From Candidatus Aenigmatarchaeota archaeon (GTDB taxonomy: Archaea > Aenigmatarchaeota > Aenigmatarchaeia > CG10238-14): DNA of 39,974 bases. The notes beneath the pieces were generated by a model that did no database searches, was not told the origin of the DNA, and saw nothing but the letters and a program-made list of their open reading frames with translations. Of this stretch, positions 9,094 to 18,028 are shown in pieces; the first letter of the stretch is position 1; every line of letters begins with the position of its first letter. The stretch covers positions 1 to 39,974 of the forward strand of contig JAWBZR010000005.1 in NCBI GenBank assembly GCA_044343545.1, read 5' to 3'. A program made the translations under genes and the position numbers.

Positions 9094-10272
9094 CTATAAC
9101 CTGTATCTCAATATAGCCCCAATACCTCCCATCTCCTTAAGTGCAGCTCCCTCCCTGGAATCTTTAGAAATAATTTCAACATTACCTCCCATCTCCTTAA
9201 CTTTTTCTGACAAAATCTCTGCCAACTCTCTTTCTTCCTGAATCTTCAAAGACGAGCCACAATTTGGACAGGTGAATGTTTCGCCTTTCTTTCCCGCTTT
9301 TTCAGCCCTAAAACCACACTGGCATCCAAGCGTATATTTTGACCAATTAAATGCTTCAGAAATAAGAAGCGTATCAACAGCTCCGTATTCTATCGCCTTA
9401 ACAACATCTTCTATTTTATATACAGCCAAACCGTCTTCTTTTTGCAAATGAAGAAAGAAATTTTGAAGAATTTGTCTTTCCTTTACAAGTGAAGCTTCCC
9501 TTAATAACTCTTGTCCCCTTTCAACCATTTCCTCCAAACCTTGCATGCCTAAATAGCTTGTGTCTACCACCCCTAAAACTTTTTTTTGTAGATGATATTT
9601 CAAAAACTCTCCCTCGTAAAATTTCTCTTTTAAAGGACCAGGACCGCCAATTATGATACCCTTTAGGTTTGGATAATTGTCGAATATTTCAGATGCTTCC
9701 TCTCCGGTTTTTTTTAGATGCTCTAATTTTGCTTCTTCTCTTATTCTAGCATATCTTTGCTGGCTCCATCCACCTTTCGATGTCTTACCAGGAACCAAGC
9801 TATCTATGTGCTTCTCTATCACAATTTTTTTTCCTATTAATAAACCTATGTCGCTTCCCGAACTGTCTAAAACAATAAGACCGTATATTTCTTTTTCTTT
9901 CACCATCTCTTTTAATGGCTCTAAGACGAAACGTTGATCACACCAATACATTTTCACAGTCAATTCTTCAGGCGGCTCTATGGACCATAGCCTTATATCG
10001 CTTTCACCCTCACTTTGCGAAACATTCCCACAAAAAATAACTAACCCATTTGGAGGCGTTTCTTTAAACTGTCTCAAATGATTTGAAATCTTTTCCAACG
10101 CATCCAAGACGTTTTTTCGTGTAGTTCTAGATTTCACGTTTTGCGTAACTGCATACTCTTGCTTAAGCATGTTCAAAACTTCTTGTAAATTGAAGCCTTT
10201 AGGAATGTAAAGGGATATAAGCTCTGTATGTCTTCCTTTTATATTTTCCAACTCTTCAATAATCTTTTTCAA
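9094..10272 (-). CDS. prf1: Archaeal peptide chain release factor aRF1 with atypical GGWSQ motif; start uncertain (TTG 10272 or ATT 10302)
   Basis: GRHTELISLYIP, NVKS, PPNGLVIFCG, YWCDQRF, GGPGPLK, C-terminal Zn ribbon, GGIGAILRY. Confidence 0.93.
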   Translation of the reverse strand: MKKIIEELENIKGRHTELISLYIPKGFNLQEVLNMLKQEYAVTQNVKSRTTRKNVLDALEKISNHLRQFKETPPNGLVIFCGNVSQSEGESDIRLWSIEPPEELTVKMYWCDQRFVLEPLKEMVKEKEIYGLIVLDSSGSDIGLLIGKKIVIEKHIDSLVPGKTSKGGWSQQRYARIREEAKLEHLKKTGEEASEIFDNYPNLKGIIIGGPGPLKEKFYEGEFLKYHLQKKVLGVVDTSYLGMQGLEEMVERGQELLREASLVKERQILQNFFLHLQKEDGLAVYKIEDVVKAIEYGAVDTLLISEAFNWSKYTLGCQCGFRAEKAGKKGETFTCPNCGSSLKIQEERELAEILSEKVKEMGGNVEIISKDSREGAALKEMGGIGAILRYRL

Positions 10273-10366
10273 TTTTAATTTTGCTTCGTCGCTAAATGCA
10301 ATTCACCCTTTTTAATGAGATGAAGAAAAATATAAATATCTTTATTTTTAAGTTTAATATTTAACC

Positions 10367-10441
10367 ATGACAAAAAAATCATCCCCAACAATATTTGCTC
10401 TATTTGTAATTTTGTTTAGCTTGTTCTTGATTATTGGTTAA
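10367..10441 (+). CDS. Putative 24-aa single-pass hydrophobic peptide MTKKSSPTIFALFVILFSLFLIIG
   Basis: Hand translation; basic N-terminus plus a 16-residue hydrophobic run. Confidence 0.35.
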   Translation: MTKKSSPTIFALFVILFSLFLIIG

Positions 10442-10453
10442 ATGGGGATGATT
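10377..10453. repeat. Perfect 11-bp inverted repeat
   Basis: AATCATCCCCA (10377-10387) and TGGGGATGATT (10443-10453). Confidence 0.75.
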
Positions 10454-10544
10454 CCTTACATTGGATGACCCTATAATTGCGTTGTTTTGTGGCTAATACA
10501 ATTATTTGTTAATTAAAAAGGTGAAAGGAGGTGAAAATGAAAAT

Positions 10545-10871
10545 ATGAAAATAGTTTACGTTATATCAGTTGATGGTTTAATAAGAGTAATAGGAGATGT
10601 GTCATATCCCTCTATAGATGAAATATATATAAAATCCCGTTACCTTCAAAGAGTAGGACAATCACCGCCATTGGCAGATGTAGTTGGTCAAAAAAATACA
10701 TATGGAGTTATTTTAGATCCTGAATATAATAGAATATATAGAGTAATGGAAGCTATAAGGGAGGGAGCTATAAGGGGAGAAGCTATAAGGGGAGAAGCTA
10801 GATCAAATATATTAAATCAAATTTATAACCTTCTAGGATTGGGTTATGAAACAATAAATATATCCCCGTAG
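10545..10871 (+). CDS. Hypothetical protein with internal EAIRG repeats
   Basis: Strong SD GGAGGTGA upstream, in-frame ATG 10545, T-rich tract after the stop. Confidence 0.65.
   Translation: MKIVYVISVDGLIRVIGDVSYPSIDEIYIKSRYLQRVGQSPPLADVVGQKNTYGVILDPEYNRIYRVMEAIREGAIRGEAIRGEARSNILNQIYNLLGLGYETINISP
10749..10800 (+). repeat. 15-nt tandem repeat x3.5 (EAIRE/GAIRG/EAIRG/EA)
   Basis: GAAGCTATAAGGGAG GGAGCTATAAGGGGA GAAGCTATAAGGGGA GAAGCTA. Confidence 0.9.
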
Positions 10872-10910
10872 CCTTTTTATTTATTTTTTATAAAATTTCA
10901 TGAAAAAAAT

Positions 10911-13265
10911 TTATTCAGCAACAATGTTGTGCATCTTAATTAAATCCTTTTTAAATATTTCAAGCTCTTGAGGTAATTTAATTTTTATTTCAGCTTTCAA
11001 ACTCAAACCTTTATCCTTCTTCATTTTCCATACGAGAGAGTTAAACTCTATTATTTGTTTTGTATACTCTCTCAAACCAAAATTCCATTCAGCCTGTGGA
11101 AAACTTTCCTTATGGATGCTTTCTTTTCCGTAAACTTCTCTCCACACATAATCTGTCAAAAAAGGTATGATTGGTGCCAATAACTTTAATATCACTTTAG
11201 CGCATACGTGAAGAGTATAAAAAGCTGATTCTTGCTCCTCCATGCTAAAACCTTCACCATAGGCCCTCACCTTAACCATTTCTATATAGTGAGATGCGAA
11301 AACGTTCCATACAAAATTTCTTATTTCATTTGCCACATCACTAAATTCATAGTTTTTATAATGAATCATAACTTTTTCTATTAACGCGCTAAGCTCATCT
11401 AATATCCATTTGTCTGTATCAGTGAGCTTTGCTTTCTTCGGTTGCGGAAACATTGATATGAATCTAAAAATATTCCATAGTTTAGTTAAAAACTTGGAAG
11501 TTCCCTCGATGCGGGTGAAGGAGCATCGGATATCCCCAAGAGTTATATCTCCCTCTAAGCACGACCAAATCCTAAACGCTTCCGCGCCATATCTTTCCAA
11601 AACTTCTTGTGGATCCACAACATTACCGAGAGATTTACTCATTTTTTCTCCCTTTTCATCTACCACATGCATGTGTATCCAACATTCTTTGAATGGTGGC
11701 TTGCCATACAAATGCAAGGATTTGAGCAAAGTGTAATAAAGCCAATTTCTCACTATTTCTTTACCTTGCGGTCTCATCGTGCACGGAAAGTTTTTTTGGA
11801 AAAACTTCTTATCCCATAAATAACCCAAAATGTAAACCTCCGAGGAAGAAGAATCAAACCAAGTATCAAACGTTCTTTCCTCGCCTATAAATTCATTGCT
11901 TCCACACTTTGGGCAACTTTCTATGGGCGGCTTTTCCTTCCAAGGCTGATAGTATTTTCCCGGTTGAGGAACGTAAACATAATTGCATTTCTTGCAATAC
12001 CACAGCGGCACTTCAGTCCCGTAATATCTTCTTCTCGTCAAAACCCAATCTATGCTAATAGAATTTATCCAATCGATTAATATTTGCTTGCTTTGAGGTG
12101 CAAAAAATTTCATTTTGTTAGCCGCTTCCAAAAGCTCGGGTAAAAAATCGACTTGCTTTAAATAAAACTCCTTCAATGCAACAAATTCTATTGGATTTTT
12201 TGATCTCCAACATATAGGCTCTCTATGTTCTATTTCTTCCTGCTTCACGACTAAACCTCTTTTCTTCAACTCCTCTATAATCAACTTCCTTGCATCAGCA
12301 ACAGAAAAACCATTTAACATGCCAGCATTTTCATTCATCCTTCCATCCGTGTCAATAGCATAAGTTGGCTCCATGTTTAACTCTCTCAAAAGTCTCACAT
12401 CACCATAATCGCCAAAGCTACATATCATAACTAATCCAGATCCAAAATCTTGCTTTGCATAAGGATGTGCTTTTATTTCCACCTCTTTTTCGTATATAGG
12501 CACGATGGCATGTTTACCATTCAAGTGTTTGTATCTCTCATCATTCGGGTTAAATAATATTATCTTGCAACTGCAAAGCAATTCCGGCCTAGTTGTTGCT
12601 ATGACTATCTCTTCGTTGGTTTCTTTCACCTTGAATTTTATGTAATTCAAAAGCGTTTTTCCTTCCTTATACTCCACTTCGGCATCAGCTATCGCTGTCT
12701 TGCATACCGGACAGTAATTGGTCGGCTTTACGTCTTCATAAATCAACCCCTTATTCCACAACTCTATGAATGTTTCTTGTGTAAGCCTTCTATACTCGGG
12801 ATCATCGGTATCATATCTTCCGCCCAACTCATACTTGACTTGCCATTCGTTGCAGCTTAATCCTAAACGCTTGAAAGAATTTAAAGACACGTCTCCCGCC
12901 TTTTCCAACATTTCTTTACACTTGGCTATGAATTCTTCTCTCGGCGTTTCATGCATTTTTATGTTAAAAACCTTCTCTGCCATGACTTCTATCGGCAAGC
13001 CGTTCTTGTCTAAACCAATAGGGAAAAGAACGTTGAAACCCATCATCCTTCTACTTCTCGCCATTATATCTTGCCATACATAAGTGTATGCGTGACCTAT
13101 GTGTATGGGTGTGTTAACATAAGGTGGGGGTGTATCTATGCTATAGAGTGGTTTTTTGCTCTTCTTATTAAACTTGTATAAACCTTCCTCCTCCCATTTT
13201 TTTAGCATTAACTGCTCTATGTTTTTATCCCATTGTTTTTCTTTTAATTTTGGTTGGAATTTCAT
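10911..13265 (-). CDS. valS: Valine--tRNA ligase
   Basis: IDTPPPY, HIGH, ATTRPELL, GSGLVMICSFGD, FDTWFDSS, RPQGKEI, KMSKS. Confidence 0.96.
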   Translation of the reverse strand: MKFQPKLKEKQWDKNIEQLMLKKWEEEGLYKFNKKSKKPLYSIDTPPPYVNTPIHIGHAYTYVWQDIMARSRRMMGFNVLFPIGLDKNGLPIEVMAEKVFNIKMHETPREEFIAKCKEMLEKAGDVSLNSFKRLGLSCNEWQVKYELGGRYDTDDPEYRRLTQETFIELWNKGLIYEDVKPTNYCPVCKTAIADAEVEYKEGKTLLNYIKFKVKETNEEIVIATTRPELLCSCKIILFNPNDERYKHLNGKHAIVPIYEKEVEIKAHPYAKQDFGSGLVMICSFGDYGDVRLLRELNMEPTYAIDTDGRMNENAGMLNGFSVADARKLIIEELKKRGLVVKQEEIEHREPICWRSKNPIEFVALKEFYLKQVDFLPELLEAANKMKFFAPQSKQILIDWINSISIDWVLTRRRYYGTEVPLWYCKKCNYVYVPQPGKYYQPWKEKPPIESCPKCGSNEFIGEERTFDTWFDSSSSEVYILGYLWDKKFFQKNFPCTMRPQGKEIVRNWLYYTLLKSLHLYGKPPFKECWIHMHVVDEKGEKMSKSLGNVVDPQEVLERYGAEAFRIWSCLEGDITLGDIRCSFTRIEGTSKFLTKLWNIFRFISMFPQPKKAKLTDTDKWILDELSALIEKVMIHYKNYEFSDVANEIRNFVWNVFASHYIEMVKVRAYGEGFSMEEQESAFYTLHVCAKVILKLLAPIIPFLTDYVWREVYGKESIHKESFPQAEWNFGLREYTKQIIEFNSLVWKMKKDKGLSLKAEIKIKLPQELEIFKKDLIKMHNIVAE

Positions 13266-13422
13266 AATAATCTAACTTTATAAAAAGAAAGTTAAATTAT
13301 TAAGTTTTGAGAAAATAGTTTGTTTTTAATATTTAACAATCTTCTGACGTCAAGATTTGAAACTAAACAAAAATTAGTAGCATAGTTAAATTTTTCAAAT
13401 CAAAGTATATGTAAGATAAAAT

Positions 13423-14709
13423 ATGCTTGACATAAAATTGGTTAGGGAAAACCCAGAAATAGTTAAAAATGATTTGAAGAAAAGGCAAGAAATGGATAAA
13501 ATAAAATGGGTGGACGAGCTCTTGGAATGCGACAAAAAGAGAAGGGAAATAATTGCTCAAGTCAATGAATTGAGAAAAAAAAGAAACGATATAACAGAAG
13601 AAATAGCGAAACTAAAAAAGCAAGGAAAAGATATCAACCATTTGTTAAAAGAGGCTGAAGAAATTCCTGATAAAATCAAGCTTTTGGAAGAAGAATTGAG
13701 CAAATATGAAGAAAAAGTCAAGTGGTACTTGTTAAGGCTGCCGAATATTTTGCACGAATCTGTTCCTTATGGCAAGGACGAAAAGGATAATGTGGTAATA
13801 AGAATTTGGGGAAAACCACCAGAATTTGATTTTCCACCAAAAAATCACTTGGAAATTTTGGAAAACTTGGGCCTCATAGATATGGAAAGGGCTGCCAAAG
13901 TGGCAGGCGCTGGCTTTTATTATCTCAAAGAAGATTTAGTTTTACTTGATCATGCCATACAAATGTTCGCCATAAATCATTTGCGAAAGAAGGGTTTCAA
14001 ACTCGTCTTACCTCCTTATATGATGAAAAAGGATGCTTATTTAGGAGCAACAGATTTAGATGCCTTTCACGACATGCTATACAAAATTGAAGACGAAGAT
14101 TTATATATGATAGCTACGGCGGAGCATCCGCTAGCAGCAATGTTTAAAGATGAAGTGTTTAGCAAAAAAGAATTACCCCTAAAGCTCGTCGGGGTCAGCC
14201 CTTGCTTTAGAAAAGAAATAGGATCACATGGCAAATATACTAAAGGTTTGTTTAGAGTTCATCAATTTCACAAAGTCGAGCAATTTGTGTTTTGCTTGCC
14301 CGAGCAATCATGGCAAATTCATGAAGAATTGCAACAAAACTCAGAAGAGCTTTATCAATCTCTTGGAATACATTACAGAGTTGTGAATGTATGCACAGGA
14401 GATATAGGAAACATAGCTGCTAAAAAATATGATACAGAATTTTGGATGGCTGACGGTCAATTTAGAGAAATCGGCTCCAATTCAAACTGCACCGATTATC
14501 AGGCAAGAAGATTAAACATAAAGTACAGAGAAAAGGAAGGAAAACCGCCTATAGGTTTTGTTCATACGCTTAATAATACTGCTCTTGCCACGAGCAGGAC
14601 GATAATAGCTATAGTAGAGCAATTTCAACAAAAAGACGGCTCTGTTATCATTCCTAAACCTTTGAGAGCATATATGGATGGAAAAGAAGTTTTAGAAAGC
14701 AAGAAATAA
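13423..14709 (+). CDS. serS: Serine--tRNA ligase (type 1)
   Basis: MLDIKLVR, N-terminal coiled coil, ATAEHPL, CFRKE, GLFRVHQFHKVEQF, SNCTDYQARRL, HTLNNT. Confidence 0.98.
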   Translation: MLDIKLVRENPEIVKNDLKKRQEMDKIKWVDELLECDKKRREIIAQVNELRKKRNDITEEIAKLKKQGKDINHLLKEAEEIPDKIKLLEEELSKYEEKVKWYLLRLPNILHESVPYGKDEKDNVVIRIWGKPPEFDFPPKNHLEILENLGLIDMERAAKVAGAGFYYLKEDLVLLDHAIQMFAINHLRKKGFKLVLPPYMMKKDAYLGATDLDAFHDMLYKIEDEDLYMIATAEHPLAAMFKDEVFSKKELPLKLVGVSPCFRKEIGSHGKYTKGLFRVHQFHKVEQFVFCLPEQSWQIHEELQQNSEELYQSLGIHYRVVNVCTGDIGNIAAKKYDTEFWMADGQFREIGSNSNCTDYQARRLNIKYREKEGKPPIGFVHTLNNTALATSRTIIAIVEQFQQKDGSVIIPKPLRAYMDGKEVLESKK

Positions 14710-14710
14710 T

Positions 14711-14750
14711 AAATTCTGTTAAACATTTTGCTGTTTTAACAAAATTTTTT
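14711..14750. terminator. Imperfect hairpin plus T tract between convergent serS and prepilin peptidase genes
   Basis: AAATTcTGTTAAA...TTTAACAaAATTT followed by T residues. Confidence 0.3.
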
Positions 14751-14796
14751 AAACCACTTTTTGTATGAGGAAAAATTTCAGCTGGAAAATTTTTAT

Positions 14797-15654
14797 TCAA
14801 AAGAAAGACATCAATAAAATAATGCCATCACCTAAGAACAATGTGAATAATAAAGCCAAAGGAAAAGCCAAACCAAACCTGACACCTTCCTTTATCCACA
14901 CATACTTTACTCCGGATTTTTTTATTTTTCTGACTTGCTCTTTCGTCAACCCTTCCCAAACTTTTGATTCTAAAAGCACATCGCCTTCTCTAAGCATGGA
15001 AACAGGTATTTTCTTTTTAAAAGCAACTTCTTCGACGATTTTTGAAAATCTATAAATTATGAATAAAAGCATGATAAAAGCGAGAAATTTTATTTGCAAC
15101 AAAAAAATTTCAAGAAATTTCATCCCTAAGAGAAATTTTACTGCCAAAAAACTAGTGAAAAATAAAAACAAAAAAATTCCGGCATTAACAAGTAAGAATG
15201 TTCCAGCATTTGATTTTAAATCATGTGAAAACTCGCTCCAGATTTTCCTTTCTTTTAGAGATAGCACAACCGAATAAACAATCATGTAAATTGCGCCTAT
15301 GAAAAATACGTTGAAAAACAAACTCAAAGGAAATGGAAAATATGTTTTATCATTATTTACTCTTGCCAACAGAAAACCGAACGCCGACAATATTTTCGCA
15401 TCTCCACCTCCCCATTGACCGGTATAATACATGAAAAACCCAAAAGCCAAAAAACCCAAACCCGCCAAAAACGAGTAAATAATTGGCAAAAACGACTTTA
15501 ATATGATAGCTTCTATTATGTGAATAATTATGCCTGCAATCGACATTACGTATGGGATTTCATCAGGTATTTCAGTTGTTTTTAGATCTATTAAACCAGC
15601 AATAAAAGAGCCTATAAAAGCGATAGAAATCAAAATCCAATCGAACATTTTCAT
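14797..15654 (-). CDS. Prepilin/preflagellin peptidase, A24 family (PibD/FlaK-like)
   Basis: DLKTTEIPD and WGGGDAK aspartate motifs, multiple TMs, C-terminal LREGDV...VRFGLAF; TGATG-coupled to rps14. Confidence 0.88.
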   Translation of the reverse strand: MKMFDWILISIAFIGSFIAGLIDLKTTEIPDEIPYVMSIAGIIIHIIEAIILKSFLPIIYSFLAGLGFLAFGFFMYYTGQWGGGDAKILSAFGFLLARVNNDKTYFPFPLSLFFNVFFIGAIYMIVYSVVLSLKERKIWSEFSHDLKSNAGTFLLVNAGIFLFLFFTSFLAVKFLLGMKFLEIFLLQIKFLAFIMLLFIIYRFSKIVEEVAFKKKIPVSMLREGDVLLESKVWEGLTKEQVRKIKKSGVKYVWIKEGVRFGLAFPLALLFTLFLGDGIILLMSFF

Positions 15655-15797
15655 CAACTGTATTTTTCGAATCCTAAACTCCTTGCAACTTCTCTCATAC
15701 ATCTTCTACAATAATACAAGCCGTACTTTCTAATAATACCTCTATGCGTGCCGCATCTTCTACATCTTCTTTTACCTTTACCAAACTTTGCAGGCAT
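15654..15797 (-). CDS. rps14: 30S ribosomal protein S14 (uS14, Zn-binding); missing from the ORF track
   Basis: Hand translation: [47 protein letters not shown]. Confidence 0.96.
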   Translation of the reverse strand: MPAKFGKGKRRCRRCGTHRGIIRKYGLYYCRRCMREVARSLGFEKYS

Positions 15798-15986
15798 TCA
15801 TCCACCCATGTTACCAATAATCTTTAAAAGATTCGCCTCATCATCTATTTCATCTTCCATAAGAATGAAAAAGAAATTTTCATATATTTTTGACCAATTG
15901 TTTTCCATCAAAGCTTTTTTAAAAATAACACCACCTATTTTTGTAGTCATAATAGTAGGCCAAAATTCTTCTTCACTCAACAACAT
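15798..15986 (-). CDS. Small hypothetical protein between uL5 and uS14
   Basis: Fills the gap exactly; SD GGGGTGA; stop abuts the rps14 ATG. Confidence 0.6.
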   Translation of the reverse strand: MLLSEEEFWPTIMTTKIGGVIFKKALMENNWSKIYENFFFILMEDEIDDEANLLKIIGNMGG

Positions 15987-16473
15987 TCACCCCCATTGAT
16001 TTTAACCATTCAATGGTTTCTTCCTTTGTAATTAAATGCTTTTTGCCTATTTTAGCCTTTCTTCTCCTCCTTCTCTTAACCCTGTAGCCGGGTCTCTCCA
16101 ACGTGACGCAACAATCGAAACCCATAACTCCTATCGAAGGGTCATATTTCACTCCTGGTAAATCAATATATTCTTTTATGCCGATAGAAAAATTGCCGCC
16201 ATTTATTTGTTCAACTCTCAATGTGTTTCTAACGGCTTTGAGCACATTATTAAGCATATCTTCAGCTGCTTTACCTCTCAAAGTAACCTTGGCTCCTATG
16301 ACTCTGCCTCTTGCAATACCAAACGTGTTTCTTTTGCGTGTCTTTGTAGGTATAGGTTTTCTTCCAGTAATTTTTTCTAATAGCTTTAATGCTCTCTCTA
16401 TCTTCTCTTTATCCGTAGTAGTTCCAATGTTAAGTGTGACCTTTTCGATCCTTATCTTTCTCATTGGATTCAT
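15973..16473 (-). CDS. rpl5: 50S ribosomal protein L5
   Basis: MNPMRKIRIEKVTLNIG, IGAKVTLRG, KYDPSIGVMG. Confidence 0.97.
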   Translation of the reverse strand: MNPMRKIRIEKVTLNIGTTTDKEKIERALKLLEKITGRKPIPTKTRKRNTFGIARGRVIGAKVTLRGKAAEDMLNNVLKAVRNTLRVEQINGGNFSIGIKEYIDLPGVKYDPSIGVMGFDCCVTLERPGYRVKRRRRRKAKIGKKHLITKEETIEWLKSMGVNVVE

Positions 16474-16477
16474 GAAC

Positions 16478-17173
16478 TTACACCAAAGTTATTTTAGGTT
16501 TATCTTTGCCGACAACAAACACGTCATCCTTAACTGCATCTATTTCTCTTCCTTCCAAATCACATCTCACCTTATTTGGCTCTCTACTTCTAGTGGTTAT
16601 GACTTCTTTTATTCGAACGAAACTTCCTATGTTTTGACCTCCTGTTATCAAGCCCAAATTTCCCCTTTCCATTTTTAAATGTTCCAATATCTTTTGAGTT
16701 GGCAACTCTATCAGGACGGAATCACCAGTCTTGTATTTGTTATCAGCAATTATGCTTCTCCCATCATGAGTACCTAATTGAACTTTACCCTTGTTCAATA
16801 CTTTTCTATTTATTCTGCATAACTTCATATTAGCTTCTTTTTCAGGAATCTCCAAGAGTTTCAAGCCAGAAGAAGATAATGTGACTCTGTAATTTTTGTT
16901 AAGAGTTTTAAAAGTGATGACATCCATCAAACCCACGCCAAACTTGTAATCCTTTCTAACCCTTCCGTCAACATAAACCTCTCCACTATTCAATATTTTT
17001 TTTGCCTCTTTTAAAGTGTCGCACATCTTCAAAATGTCTCTCAAAACAACTCCAAGAGGTATGCTTTCATCTTTCTTGTGAGGCCCTGGTAAAGGTCTTA
17101 TCACCCAATGTTTAGACTTGGGTGATGTCATGTAAAATTTTGGCGCCAAAAATGCTTTCATATGCCTACTCAT
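16478..17173 (-). CDS. rps4e: 30S ribosomal protein S4e
   Basis: PGPH...SIPL...LRD, VDGRVRKDYKFGVGLMDVI, HDGR. Confidence 0.97.
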   Translation of the reverse strand: MSRHMKAFLAPKFYMTSPKSKHWVIRPLPGPHKKDESIPLGVVLRDILKMCDTLKEAKKILNSGEVYVDGRVRKDYKFGVGLMDVITFKTLNKNYRVTLSSSGLKLLEIPEKEANMKLCRINRKVLNKGKVQLGTHDGRSIIADNKYKTGDSVLIELPTQKILEHLKMERGNLGLITGGQNIGSFVRIKEVITTRSREPNKVRCDLEGREIDAVKDDVFVVGKDKPKITLV

Positions 17174-17550
17174 TTAGCCTCAACCCCTTTTGTTTTGAAT
17201 CTCATTTTATCTTCATAAACATTTATAATCATCAAATTGCTCGGCTCTAACTTTACGGGAATTTCCGTTCCGGCTACTTTCTTTCGAGTTATACCCTCAA
17301 CATACACTTTGCATTCTTTTATATCAACCTTGCTTACCTTACCCGTCATTTTCTTGTATTTACCTCTCAACACAATAACTTCGTCTCCCTTCCTAACAGG
17401 TATTGCTCTTTTACCATACTTTTTTCTCAATTCCCTCGACAAGTGGACACTTAAAAACTTTCTTTTCACATGAAGCGGTGCATTATATCTATACTTTCTT
17501 TGCTTTCTTGGATTCTTGCTCGCCTTCCACTTTGATGACCATTTTTTCAT
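17170..17550 (-). CDS. rpl24: 50S ribosomal protein L24
   Basis: SKNPRKQRKYRYNAPLH, PVRKGDEVIVLRG. Confidence 0.97.
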   Translation of the reverse strand: MKKWSSKWKASKNPRKQRKYRYNAPLHVKRKFLSVHLSRELRKKYGKRAIPVRKGDEVIVLRGKYKKMTGKVSKVDIKECKVYVEGITRKKVAGTEIPVKLEPSNLMIINVYEDKMRFKTKGVEAK

Positions 17551-17559
17551 TTTCACCAC

Positions 17560-17958
17560 TCAAACAATAAAACTTGCTATTTTTCCTATCATAGAAAATC
17601 TTTCAACCGCTTCTCTCGCCGTAGGACCTTTTATTTGTGAACCAAGAGGCTCTCCCTTCTCATTTACCAATACAGCAGCATTATCTTCAAAACTTATTCT
17701 AATGCCATTTTTCCTCCTATATTCCTTTTTTTGCCTTATTACAACAGCCTTAACAACTTGCTTTCTCCATTTGACTGTTCCTTCACGAACGGAACAAACA
17801 ATCATGTCTCCCACGCCACAGGCAGGCATTCTTCTCTTCACTCCCTTGTAACCTAAAACTGCTATGACATTCAGTACCTTTGCACCAGTATTGTCTGCAC
17901 ACTCTATGAGAGAGTTTACAGGTATTCCTCTTGTTATTTTTGCCTTTATCGCCTTCAT
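17560..17958 (-). CDS. rpl14: 50S ribosomal protein L14
   Basis: ADNTGAK, AVVIRQKK, FEDNAAVLV. Confidence 0.97.
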   Translation of the reverse strand: MKAIKAKITRGIPVNSLIECADNTGAKVLNVIAVLGYKGVKRRMPACGVGDMIVCSVREGTVKWRKQVVKAVVIRQKKEYRRKNGIRISFEDNAAVLVNEKGEPLGSQIKGPTAREAVERFSMIGKIASFIV

Positions 17959-18028
17959 TCAAACCACCGAACTCTTTTAATTTAAAGAAACATATAATTA
18001 AAAAGTTTTATTAAAATTTTCAAAACAA

